Positions 28,201 through 36,163 of a DNA stretch of 64,000 nt are shown here, piece by piece. The stretch's first letter is position 1. Each line of letters starts with the position of its first letter. The translations under genes were made by a program, and so were the position numbers. The stretch is from NCBI RefSeq assembly GCF_034259325.1, contig NZ_JAXIVS010000015.1, forward strand, positions 102,515 to 166,514, in the 5' to 3' direction. This DNA comes from Hyalangium rubrum (lineage in GTDB: Bacteria > Myxococcota > Myxococcia > Myxococcales > Myxococcaceae). The notes beneath the pieces are model-generated. The model made no database searches. It saw nothing but the letters and a program-made list of their open reading frames with translations, and had not been told where the DNA came from.

Positions 28201-30752
28201 GCCCGGAGCGCGTCCTGGCGCGCCGTCTTCACCCGAGAGAGCACCTCGTCCGAGCGGACGCTGTCCTGCAGCTCCATGAGCTGATCGGCCAGCTGCCGCA
28301 GCTTCTGGATCATCGCGTCCGAGGCGAAGTACGTGTTCAGCTCGTCGTCCGACTTGAAGGACTTGGCCCGGCGCTGCACGCCCACGAGGATGCGCTCGGC
28401 GGCGCTGAACAGGTTCTGCGCGCGGCGCTGGCGCTCGTCCACCAGGGCCTGCTTCTTGGCGCCGAAGGCCTCGAGCAGCTCCTCGCGCTTCTGGGTGATC
28501 GGCTCGAGGAACTCATCGAACTCGCCGAAGCGCCCCTCCAGCTCCTCGAGCTGGACGGTGAGGCGGCTCATGCCCTCGTCGCACTTCTCCGGAGAGTCCG
28601 CCACCGACAGCGCGCTCTCGATGTTCTGCCCGAGCAGCTTGAACTGGGCGCCGAACTCCGCCCGCTTCTCGCGGCCCACCAGCTCCTTGCGCTTGACCTG
28701 CAGGCCCGCGCGCACGCGGTTGAGGCGCGAGAACAGCTCGGAGATGCCCTCGAGGATCTTCGCGCGCGCCAGCGGATCGCCCACCTGCAGGCTGCCCACC
28801 ACCTCGCCCAGCACCTCCAGGCCCTTACCCACCTTCTCGATGTCCTCGCCCAGCGGCGCGAGCTCCATCGTGGTCTGCACCGGCTCCAGCTTGGCGAGCA
28901 GCACGTCCAGCCGCTCACCCACCGGCTGCAGCGCCTCGCCCTTCTGGAAGAACTCCACGCACCCGGCGCTGACCCGGTCCGTCTCCTCGATGATCTGCTT
29001 CTCCAGGCCCTCTACCCGGCCCAGCTCGATGTAGCGGATCTCCTTCAGGGTGATGAGGTGCCCACGCTGCTGACGCAGCTCGGTGAGCGCCTGCATGTAC
29101 GCCTCGGCGTTCGCCAGCTCCTCGGGCCGCACCTTCAGCAGCAGGGACGCCTGCTTCGCGTCCGCCTCGGTGATGGCCTCGGTGGCGCGCTTGCGCAGCG
29201 CCTGCACCTTCTCGAACTCATCGATGATGAGATCGGCGGTGCGCCGCAGCGCCTCCATGGGCGCCTGGAGCCCCGTCTCCGCGTGCCCCAGCCAGTAGTA
29301 CGCATCCAGCGCGCGCGTCACCCCGGCGATGAGGTCCTCGTAGGTGCGCCGGCTGGGCTTGTCCGTCTTCGCGACGCGCTGGAGCGTGAGCGCGTCGGAG
29401 ATACCGCGCACCAGCTCCGCGTTGCCCACCTTGCCCAGGTAGCCCGGAGCCGGGGGCGTGGCGGCGGCGTGCTCGGCGGAGACGAAGGGCGTCTGCCACA
29501 CCTGCATCGGATGCACGCGGGTGGGCTCGTTCGTGGCGGCACGGAACACCACCAGGCGCCCGTCCGCGAAGGTGCTGAAGCCGTGCGCCAGCAGCGGGTT
29601 CTGTACCTCCTTGCGGACCAGGTTGTACGGGAAGAGGACGTAGCTGCCCTCGTCGCGGCGATAGAAGATGTAGAGGACGTCCTCTCCGTTGGGAGAGCGG
29701 ATGGCCTGCTTGAACTCCATCCCCTCGGAGGTGCCCTCGAAGACCTTGTAGTCGCCGGTCTGCAGGTAGAAACCACCGGGGAAGATGACGCCCTGATCCT
29801 CCGGGAGCCGGACACACGCCTGTCCGATGGCGTCCACGCGCACCACGTGCTGCGTGCGCGTGTTGAAGACCAGGTAGCGGTGCGCCCGCTCGCGGAACGG
29901 CAGCACGCGCAGCAGGATGAGGCCGCCTACCTTCGCGTAGGCAACCTCCGCGTCGTCCAGCGACTGGTCCGCGTCATCTACCTGCTCGCTGTAGATGCCC
30001 AGGCCCGAGCTGGTGTTGTTCTCCACCTTGATGGTGAGGTCGCCCTTCACCGTCTCGACGAAGACCTGGTCCAGCACGTTGACGTGCGGGTGGGTGCCCA
30101 GCACGTAGTTCTCGCGCGTGGCCACCGTCCACTCGAAGTCGTGCGACGGCGGGAAGACGTGGTCTCGCTCGCCCTGGTTGTCGACGTAGGTGGCCCGGCC
30201 CTCGACGTCCACGCTGAAGCGGAAGACCTTGATGTCGCGCAGCGACTGGCCCGTCTGGAAGATGGCCAGCAGGCGCGACTCGGTGCGCCGCAGCTGCGTG
30301 AGCTTCGCGTCCTTGTAGTACTTGTAGAGCTCGCCGAAGTCCTTGACGAAGCGCGGATCGGCCAGGAAGCCGCCCGCCTCGGTGGCGGGCACGGGCGAGA
30401 AGTCGAAGCCCTCGGCCGTCTTCTCGAACTTGTGCAGCGAGAAGACGTCCGCGACCGCCGTCTCCTTCTTCAGGCCGATGAAGACGTTGTAGCCGAAGAG
30501 CAGGTACTTCCCGACGCTGACGATGTCGCGCGGGACGCAGTTGTTCTCCGTGCGGACCCGCTCGTTCCCGATGACGGTCAGCTCCGTGCCGCCGAAGAGC
30601 GCCTTGCGCCGCGTGTTGAGGTCCGCGGCCCGGGTGCCCAGCTCCTCCGCTTGGGAGAGCAGGCGGGCGCGGATGACCTCGTAGCTGCCGCCCTCCAGCG
30701 TCGTCTCGCCCGCGGGGGCGTTGCCCTGGGGCTTCGCGCCGTCAGTTGCCAT
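25242..30752 (-). CDS. Giant (1836 aa) AAA+ ATPase-domain protein of unknown function, co-operonic with flotillin/NfeD
   Basis: It is a single uninterrupted ORF. A Walker A motif GMLLLMSPPGYGKTTLMEY and a Walker B-like motif NVMLYLDDIQH (MoxR/AAA_5-like) lie ~1230 aa from the N-terminus. Long coiled-coil-like Glu/Leu/Arg-rich stretches flank them, and there is a Pro/Ala-rich C-terminal segment (…ENPPPPAPAPVVNVPPGP…). Confidence 0.7.
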   Translation of the reverse strand: MATDGAKPQGNAPAGETTLEGGSYEVIRARLLSQAEELGTRAADLNTRRKALFGGTELTVIGNERVRTENNCVPRDIVSVGKYLLFGYNVFIGLKKETAVADVFSLHKFEKTAEGFDFSPVPATEAGGFLADPRFVKDFGELYKYYKDAKLTQLRRTESRLLAIFQTGQSLRDIKVFRFSVDVEGRATYVDNQGERDHVFPPSHDFEWTVATRENYVLGTHPHVNVLDQVFVETVKGDLTIKVENNTSSGLGIYSEQVDDADQSLDDAEVAYAKVGGLILLRVLPFRERAHRYLVFNTRTQHVVRVDAIGQACVRLPEDQGVIFPGGFYLQTGDYKVFEGTSEGMEFKQAIRSPNGEDVLYIFYRRDEGSYVLFPYNLVRKEVQNPLLAHGFSTFADGRLVVFRAATNEPTRVHPMQVWQTPFVSAEHAAATPPAPGYLGKVGNAELVRGISDALTLQRVAKTDKPSRRTYEDLIAGVTRALDAYYWLGHAETGLQAPMEALRRTADLIIDEFEKVQALRKRATEAITEADAKQASLLLKVRPEELANAEAYMQALTELRQQRGHLITLKEIRYIELGRVEGLEKQIIEETDRVSAGCVEFFQKGEALQPVGERLDVLLAKLEPVQTTMELAPLGEDIEKVGKGLEVLGEVVGSLQVGDPLARAKILEGISELFSRLNRVRAGLQVKRKELVGREKRAEFGAQFKLLGQNIESALSVADSPEKCDEGMSRLTVQLEELEGRFGEFDEFLEPITQKREELLEAFGAKKQALVDERQRRAQNLFSAAERILVGVQRRAKSFKSDDELNTYFASDAMIQKLRQLADQLMELQDSVRSDEVLSRVKTARQDALRALRDRQDLFEDGQAVIKFGKYRFNVNTQALDLTLVPREGALFMQLSGTDYAVRLEDPALEKYKELWEQHLVSETREVYRSEYLAACILSDAEEGKGGLGLTALHEASTSGTLLERIRAYSAEKFDEGYERGIHDTDAVAILEKLLHLHQGAGLLRFAPTPRAWAAFYWAFDTDEAGRAVLHRRARSLARLRTVFASGAELVALGDEMGERVEAFLTAHKIAHSPAEARQAGRYLVEELGADRPRFTTSGEAVALRDAFSAQLERQGNRSAFEDDLRSLEKNLPERLRIARAWLAGYLAQREGGPGEAAYVALEAAVLLLTERKLDREEAGALSSLEVTGLLGQHPRITDRKMMVRLDEFLARLGEFRQLRVPAYHAYRALLRDLLDRERRKLRLEELSPKVLSSFVRNRLIDEVYLPLIGANLAKQLGAAGENKRTDRMGMLLLMSPPGYGKTTLMEYVASRLGLTFVKVNGPALGHAVKSLDPAEAPNATARQEVERINLSFEMGNNVMLYLDDIQHTDPELLQKFISLCDGQRRIEGVWNGRTRTYDLRGKKFCVVMAGNPYTETGERFRIPDMLANRADTYNLGDILDGKEELFALSYIENALTSNPALAPLATRDPGDIHKFIRMARGEEINSSELSHGYAAAEIQEISSVLQRLFSVQKVLLKVNLQYIASAAQDERFRTEPPFKLQGSYRNMGKLAEKVVAAMTDEELERLIDDHYQGESQTLTTAAEQNLLKMQELRGRLTAEKAKRWEEIKQGFARVKRMGGKEDDPVARVTGQLSAIEEQLSAVSQAVSQAAETVRKGQQDKKPGADPVAAVTPRLEALREAVLEVAKVAREAKENPPPPAPAPVVNVPPGPDLSPYLQHLAKVLKALAERSLQPATAPVASAPAADMAPYMEQLTKAVAAMAERPVQVAPALARAASGALPVDLPRQLVLIQDALEPLERAAKRSLQTNQEALSPMQVWQAIDQALELVKAITQQR

Positions 30753-30800
30753 GGTGATTCACCGGGATCGAACAGAGATCAAAATCAAAGGGAACACACA

Positions 30801-30846
30801 CCCTCACCCCTGCCCCTCTCCCGTGGGAGAGGGCAAAGGGTGAGGG
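30801..30846 (-). promoter_or_regulatory. Long imperfect palindrome (hairpin) in the flotillin-ATPase intergenic spacer
   Basis: CCCTCACCCCTGCCCCTCTCC-cgt-GGGAGAGGGCAAAGGGTGAGGG gives a ~21-bp stem. On the minus-strand transcript it is followed by a U-rich tract (uguguguucccuuugauuuugaucucuguu). Confidence 0.4.
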
Positions 30847-30872
30847 TCTTCACTGCCGCTTCGCGCCTGCGA

Positions 30873-33188
30873 CTACTCGGCCAGCTTCTCGCCGGAGACG
30901 GGGCGCGAGCTGCCCTCCACCACGGGCCGCGTCTGCGCGGCGGCCGCCGGAGGAGGAGCGCTGCTCACCATGCGGTGCAGCAGCGCCGCCACCGCCAGGT
31001 TCTGCGCGTCGTTGGTCAGGCCCGGCTTGGAGAGGATCTCCTTCAGGTCCGCCGGCAGATCCTTCTCACCGGACAGGTAGCCCTGCATCACCGTGCGCAG
31101 CGAGTCGCTGTGCTCCAGCGCGCCGTCCACCGAGGTGCCGATCGACACGGCCTTGACGAACCGCTCGAAGAACTGGCCGTCGCCGCCGACGATCTGGAAC
31201 TTCGCGTGGCTGAAGGCCTCCGCGAGCACCTTGGACTGGGCCTCGGCCATGTCCTTGCGGACCCGGATGGCCTCGAGCTCCACATCGCGCTCCTTGGCCA
31301 GCCGCAGGCGGAACTCCTCGTGCTCGCGGCCCACGCCGTCCAGCGCCTTCATGGAGGCGGCCTTCTCGGCCAGGCCCTTCGCCTCGGCCATCAGCTTCTC
31401 CTGCGTACCGTTCGCCTCGGCCATCATCTTCTCGCGCACCGCGTGCGCCTCGGCCTCGCCGCGCTTGTGGATGGCCTGAGCCTCGGCCTCCTGGATGCGG
31501 GCGTGCGCCAGGCCCTTCTCCTGCTCGCCAGCGGCCTCCGCCAGCAGCTTCTTCTGGGTGGCCTGCGCCTCGGCCTCCTGGATGCGGGCCTTGGCCAGAC
31601 CCTTCTCCTGCTCACCGGCGGCCTCCGCCAGCAGCCGCTCGCGGACGACCTCGGCCTGCGCCTGGCCCTGCTTGCGGATGACCTCGGCCTCGGCCTCCTT
31701 CACGCGCACCTGCGCCATGCCCTGCTTCTCGCTGGCCACCGCGTCCGCCTCGCGCACGCGCACGTTGGCCAGGCCGGGGGCGGCCGTCTCGGCCTGAACG
31801 CCCTCGGCCAGCCGCGCCTTCGCCTTGGCCGTCTTGTCGGCGGCCTCGAGGTCCGCCTCGGCGAGGATCAGCCGCTCCTTCGCCATGTTCTTGGCCACCT
31901 CGGCGCTGACCTCCGCGGCCTTGATGTCCTTGACCAGCTTCTCCTGCGCCTCCGCCTCGGCGTTGATGATGGCCGCGTCCTTGTGGCGCATGGCCTCGGC
32001 CTTCACGCGCAGGTCCTTGATGCGCTCCTCCTCCTCGGCCACCGTCTTCTCCACGGCGATGCGCGCGCGGACGACGTCGGCGATGAGCTTCTTCTCGCCC
32101 TCGAGCGCCTTCTCCTTGGCGATGCGCTGCAGCTCCGTCTCGCGCTCGCGGTTGATGGCCTCCAGCGCGCGATCCTTCTCCACGCGCTCGGTCTCCACGC
32201 CCACCACGCGCTCGCGGTTCTTCTCCGCGACCTCGATCTGGCGCTGCTTGTTCTGCTCGTTGATCTGGATCTCTTCCTCGGCCTTGATGCGCGCCAGCTC
32301 GCTCTTGGCGTGCTCCTCGCTCTTCACGCGCTCGGCCTCGGCCGTCTCGCGCGCCTGAATGCTCTCGATCTCGCGCTTCTGCTTGGCGGCCGCCTCGGCG
32401 CGCTGACGGTCCAGGGCGAAGATGGCCTCGTCCGCCTCGACGTTGCGCTTGGTGATGGCCATGCGCTCGTTCTGGCGCAGCTCGTTGGTGCTGACGTTCT
32501 GCACCGTGGTCAGGTCGGTGATCTTCCGGATACCGACAGCGTCGAGGATGTTGTCCTTGTCGAGCATCTCGACCGGGGTCTGCTCCAGATAGTCGATGGC
32601 GCAGTCCTCGAGCATGTAGCCGTTGAGGTCGCGACCGATGACGCGGACCACCTGGTCCTTGATCTCCTCACGCTTGGTGTAGAGCTCCTCGAAGTCGAAG
32701 CTCTTGCCCACCGTCTTGAGGGCCTCGGAGAACTTGGCCTCGAAGAGGTTCTCCAGCGTCGACTGGTCGCTGGCGCGCACGCAGCCGATGGCGCCGGACA
32801 CCTTGAGCACGTCCTCGCGCGTCTTGTTGATGCGCACGAAGAAGGTGACCTTGATGTCCGCGCGGATGTTGTCCTTGCAGATGAGGCCTTCCTTGCCGCG
32901 CCGGTCGATCTCCACCGTCTTCAGCGAGATGTCCATCACCTCGGCCCGGTGGATGATGGGGATCACCACCGCGCCCGTGAAGGTGACGGTCGGCTCGCTC
33001 TTGAGCGTGTTGATGATCAGCACCTTGCCCTGGTCCACCTGGCGGTAGAACCGGGCGATGATGACGAGGGTGCCGAACAGCAGAACGCTGCCGACGCCCA
33101 CGGCTCCAGCTACGGTAGGGAGATCCATTGCTTTCCTTCTGATTAAGAACCGGCGGGCTTTGTAATACGCGCTCGGAGTCCCCCGCAA
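30873..33188 (-). CDS. Flotillin-family protein (SPFH/band-7 domain with long EA-repeat coiled-coil)
   Basis: It has an N-terminal TM segment and an SPFH domain (…GKVLIINTLKSEPTVTFTGAVVIPIIHRAEVMDISLKTVEIDRRG…), followed by ~450 aa of Ala/Glu/Lys-rich heptad repeats typical of flotillins (771 aa). Confidence 0.85.
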   Translation of the reverse strand: MRGTPSAYYKARRFLIRRKAMDLPTVAGAVGVGSVLLFGTLVIIARFYRQVDQGKVLIINTLKSEPTVTFTGAVVIPIIHRAEVMDISLKTVEIDRRGKEGLICKDNIRADIKVTFFVRINKTREDVLKVSGAIGCVRASDQSTLENLFEAKFSEALKTVGKSFDFEELYTKREEIKDQVVRVIGRDLNGYMLEDCAIDYLEQTPVEMLDKDNILDAVGIRKITDLTTVQNVSTNELRQNERMAITKRNVEADEAIFALDRQRAEAAAKQKREIESIQARETAEAERVKSEEHAKSELARIKAEEEIQINEQNKQRQIEVAEKNRERVVGVETERVEKDRALEAINRERETELQRIAKEKALEGEKKLIADVVRARIAVEKTVAEEEERIKDLRVKAEAMRHKDAAIINAEAEAQEKLVKDIKAAEVSAEVAKNMAKERLILAEADLEAADKTAKAKARLAEGVQAETAAPGLANVRVREADAVASEKQGMAQVRVKEAEAEVIRKQGQAQAEVVRERLLAEAAGEQEKGLAKARIQEAEAQATQKKLLAEAAGEQEKGLAHARIQEAEAQAIHKRGEAEAHAVREKMMAEANGTQEKLMAEAKGLAEKAASMKALDGVGREHEEFRLRLAKERDVELEAIRVRKDMAEAQSKVLAEAFSHAKFQIVGGDGQFFERFVKAVSIGTSVDGALEHSDSLRTVMQGYLSGEKDLPADLKEILSKPGLTNDAQNLAVAALLHRMVSSAPPPAAAAQTRPVVEGSSRPVSGEKLAE
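31471..31644. repeat. 87-bp tandem direct repeat (2 copies, ~90% identical) inside the flotillin coiled-coil region
   Basis: atggcctgagcctcggcctcctggatgcgggcgtgcgccaggcccttctcctgctcgccagcggcctccgccagcagc at 31471 is repeated at 31558 as gtggcctgcgcctcggcctcctggatgcgggccttggccagacccttctcctgctcaccggcggcctccgccagcagc. It encodes the 29-aa repeat LLAEAAGEQEKGLA(K/H)ARIQEAEAQA... Confidence 0.6.
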
Positions 33189-33245
33189 ACAGCCCCCGAG
33201 CGGCCGATGAGGCGACGCGGGCGCGTCGCCGAAAGTTCCAAAAAC

Positions 33246-34133
33246 CTAGTGAGCGCGGTCCCTTGCGCGGGCGGCGATGGCGGCGGCCCGCGAGGGATCC
33301 TGAATCTGGGCTACTTCCTCGGGCAGCAGCCAGTCGACCGGCTCCACCTCGTAGATGTCCTTCTCCGGGTCGTATCCCAGGATGAGCGCCTGGTCCCCGC
33401 GCTTGAGCTGGTTCTCCTTGGCGCAGAAGACGTTGAGGATCATCCCCGCGCTGCCATCCTCGAAGGTGGCGTGCCCGAAGTTACCGCTGACGCTGCCGCT
33501 GTTGATGATGCACACGCGGCCCATGAGCGAGTCGCGGCCCGGAGCCTTCTGGGCGACGAAGATGGGACGCAGCGGGCGCACGGCGAGGGAAGCCAGGAGC
33601 GTGCCCAGCACGAAGCTCAAGAGCGCCACCCCACCGCTGATGGCGACGGTGGGAAGGATGGAGCCGAGCAGATCGAACGCCACGTTGCGGCCCATGAGGG
33701 ACAGGACCCAGGAGGCGAAGATGACGAAGCTGCCGGAGATGGTGATCGGAATGCCGGCGAAGCCGAGCGCCTCGGAGAGGCCTCCGCCATCCGCGTCCAT
33801 GTCGTGACCGCTGGCGGCCTTGGCACCCTCCATCGTCCCGGAGGCCTTGGCGCTGCCCACGAGGCCCTCGGCGGCTCCCTTGGAGCCACCCAGCAGCCCC
33901 TCGGCGGCGCCCTTGGCACCACCCTCGAGCAGGCCCCCGGCGGCCTTGGCGGCTCCTTCCAGGGTTCCCCCGGCGGCCTTGGCGGCGCCGGACACGTCTC
34001 CATCGAGGATGTCCACCCCCACGGCCCCGAGGATGACGCACGTCCAATACGTCAGCGTCACCCCCAGCAGGATGGTGAAGAAGACGGTAGGGAACGCCAG
34101 GATCGATTCGAGGAAGGTGGTCATCGGTCCCAC
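33246..34133 (-). CDS. NfeD-like membrane protein (flotillin partner; C-terminal OB-fold)
   Basis: It has N-terminal TM helices and a Gly/Ala/Lys-rich linker. The C-terminus ...GRVCIINSGSVSGNFGHATFEDGSAGMILNVFCAKENQLKRGDQALILGYDPEKDIYEVEPV resembles the NfeD/YuaF OB-fold. It sits immediately upstream of the flotillin gene, the canonical NfeD-SPFH pairing. Confidence 0.7.
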   Translation of the reverse strand: MGPMTTFLESILAFPTVFFTILLGVTLTYWTCVILGAVGVDILDGDVSGAAKAAGGTLEGAAKAAGGLLEGGAKGAAEGLLGGSKGAAEGLVGSAKASGTMEGAKAASGHDMDADGGGLSEALGFAGIPITISGSFVIFASWVLSLMGRNVAFDLLGSILPTVAISGGVALLSFVLGTLLASLAVRPLRPIFVAQKAPGRDSLMGRVCIINSGSVSGNFGHATFEDGSAGMILNVFCAKENQLKRGDQALILGYDPEKDIYEVEPVDWLLPEEVAQIQDPSRAAAIAARARDRAH

Positions 34134-34268
34134 GACAGGAGTTTCGCGGAAGTCTAGACCAGGGCCCCACCCCTCGGGGAAGCCCTCCCCCGCGGAAGCC
34201 TGCCTGCCCTGGGTGCCACCTGCCTGTAGCGCTTTGCAACAAGGAGCCGGGCTGCGCAGCTATCGAGG

Positions 34269-35315
34269 ATGACTCAGATCGAGCGGCTGCAGAGCGAGGG
34301 AGTCCGGCGGGTGGGGAGCCCGAAGCGGGGCTTCCGGTACGTTCGCTCGGACGGTCGCCCGGTCGCCCGCCAGGAGCGCGAGCGCATCGAGGCCCTGAAG
34401 ATTCCGCCCGCCTGGACGGACGTGGCGATCTCACCTTCCGTGAAGGCGAAGTTGCAGGCGGTGGGAAAGGACGGCGCGGGACGGTGGCAGTACCGCTACA
34501 GCGAGGCGTTCTCCCAGCGGCGGCAGGAGGCGAAGTACCGGCGCATCGTGGGCTTCGCGCGAGCCCTGCCGAAGATCCGGCACCGGGTGAGCGCCGATCT
34601 GCGGCGGCCAGGGCTGGGGCGGGACAAGGTGCTGGCGTGCATGCTGCGCATCCTCGGGACCTGCTTCATCCGGCCCGGCAGTCAGGTGTATGCGGAGGAG
34701 AACGGCAGCTTCGGGCTGGCCACGCTGCGCGCCAAGCACGTGAAGGTGAAGGGCGACACGGTGTACTTCGACTTCCCGGGCAAGAGCGGCCAGCAGCAAC
34801 ACCGGGAGCTGAAGGATCGGCGCGTGGCAGCAGTCATCCGGCAGTTGCTGAAGGTGCCGGGGCGAGACGTCTTCAAGTTCGTACTGGATGACGGCTTCGT
34901 GGTGGACGTGCGGCGCCGCCACATCAACGAGTACATCCGCGAGGTGATGGGGGCGCAGTACAGCGCCAAGGACTTCCGGACGTGGGCGGGGACGCTGATC
35001 TGCGCGTGTGCGCTGGCCCGGGCCCGGCAGCGGGTGAAGCAGGCGGCGGCACAAGGGGGCAAGACGGCGGTGAAGAAGACCGTGGTGGCCGCGGTGAAGG
35101 AGGCGGCCGAGCACCTGGGCAACACGCCGGCGGTTGCGCGCTCCTCGTACATCTACCCGTCCGTGCTGGCCATGTTCGAGCAGGGCAAGGTCGTGGGCCG
35201 CTACTTCGAATCCGTGGAGGAGCTGACGAACCACGAGGGGCCGGACCTGCACTGCTCGGAGAAGTCCCTGCTGAACCTGCTCAAGGACTGCGCGAAGGAC
35301 ACGGCCCTCGTGTAG
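34269..35315 (+). CDS. DNA topoisomerase IB (poxvirus-type bacterial TopIB)
   Basis: KIPPAWTDV, ...YSAKDFRTWAGT..., ...NTPAVARSSYIYP (the catalytic Tyr is in the SSY region) match the conserved TopIB catalytic pentad context (348 aa). Confidence 0.8.
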   Translation: MTQIERLQSEGVRRVGSPKRGFRYVRSDGRPVARQERERIEALKIPPAWTDVAISPSVKAKLQAVGKDGAGRWQYRYSEAFSQRRQEAKYRRIVGFARALPKIRHRVSADLRRPGLGRDKVLACMLRILGTCFIRPGSQVYAEENGSFGLATLRAKHVKVKGDTVYFDFPGKSGQQQHRELKDRRVAAVIRQLLKVPGRDVFKFVLDDGFVVDVRRRHINEYIREVMGAQYSAKDFRTWAGTLICACALARARQRVKQAAAQGGKTAVKKTVVAAVKEAAEHLGNTPAVARSSYIYPSVLAMFEQGKVVGRYFESVEELTNHEGPDLHCSEKSLLNLLKDCAKDTALV

Positions 35316-35382
35316 GGCGCGGGTGGCTCGAGCCGGCCCCCGCCCCGCCGCCGGACTCCAGCGGGGCGGAAGGCACCCGGAT

Positions 35383-36138
35383 TCAGGGCTTCGAGGGCGA
35401 GGGCACGTCTCCGGTCAGCACGCAGATCAACGCGACCGGGTCGCACTTCACCGGAAACAGGGGGTTGATGCCCGAGCCCCGCAGCCGGCCCTGCTCCGGG
35501 TTCGGATACGGATCGCACAGGTCATCATTCGGCCTCGAGCCCGTCGCGCAGCCCACCACGGGCCAGATGCCCTTCACCTGGTACTCCGCGGTGCAGCCGT
35601 TCTCCGTGTAGCGCAGGTCCGCGACGAACTGCGTACCGGGGATCTCCGGCGTGTTGTAGATGCGCAGGTTGGACCACTCATAGGCGAAGCTCTGCGCGGG
35701 ATCGGCCCCCGAGGCCGGCACCTCCAGGCGCGCCGGTGCGAGCTCCGGCACGGTGCAGAAGTTGTCCGCCCCCGGCAGCTCGCTCGCCAGCGAGCCCAGC
35801 GCGTAAGGCTCGTGCGAGGAGTCCGGATCCTGCCGAGAGGAGTAAAGCTCCAGCAGCTCGTTCATCCGCTCGGTGCGGATGGCGACGCTGTCCGGCGCGT
35901 TGGGATCGCGATTGAAGTACTTCTGAAGGCCCACGGCCCCGGACTCGAGCTGGGCGCAGACCGCCTCCGGATCCTGCCCCTCCTTCAAGGTGTAGGTGGC
36001 GGCGAACGAGCCCAACGAGCCATCCGAGGAGGCCCGCGCCACCGAGCACTGCCGCTCGGGGTCCTGCGTGTTGCAGCCGCTGCTCATGAGCGCCACGGCC
36101 ACCACGCCCATGCCCAGTTCCATCAGGTTTCGCTTCAT
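35383..36138 (-). CDS. Lipoprotein of unknown function downstream of the TonB-dependent receptor
   Basis: The ATG at 36138 begins MKRNLMELGMGVVAVALMSSGCNTQD (lipobox). It is Cys-rich (8 Cys), with no recognised domain. The ORF-track extension 5' of 36138 is Pro/Arg/Ser low-complexity overlapping the TBDR gene. Confidence 0.5.
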   Translation of the reverse strand: MKRNLMELGMGVVAVALMSSGCNTQDPERQCSVARASSDGSLGSFAATYTLKEGQDPEAVCAQLESGAVGLQKYFNRDPNAPDSVAIRTERMNELLELYSSRQDPDSSHEPYALGSLASELPGADNFCTVPELAPARLEVPASGADPAQSFAYEWSNLRIYNTPEIPGTQFVADLRYTENGCTAEYQVKGIWPVVGCATGSRPNDDLCDPYPNPEQGRLRGSGINPLFPVKCDPVALICVLTGDVPSPSKP

Positions 36139-36163
36139 GGAAGGTGTTCTCCGGAAGAGCTGG

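Noticed and set aside
25215-33146. 2643-aa plus-strand ORF
   Set aside because: It is antisense to the giant ATPase and flotillin genes. The translation is Arg/Leu/Gly/Ala low-complexity typical of GC-rich antisense frames. No domain signal.
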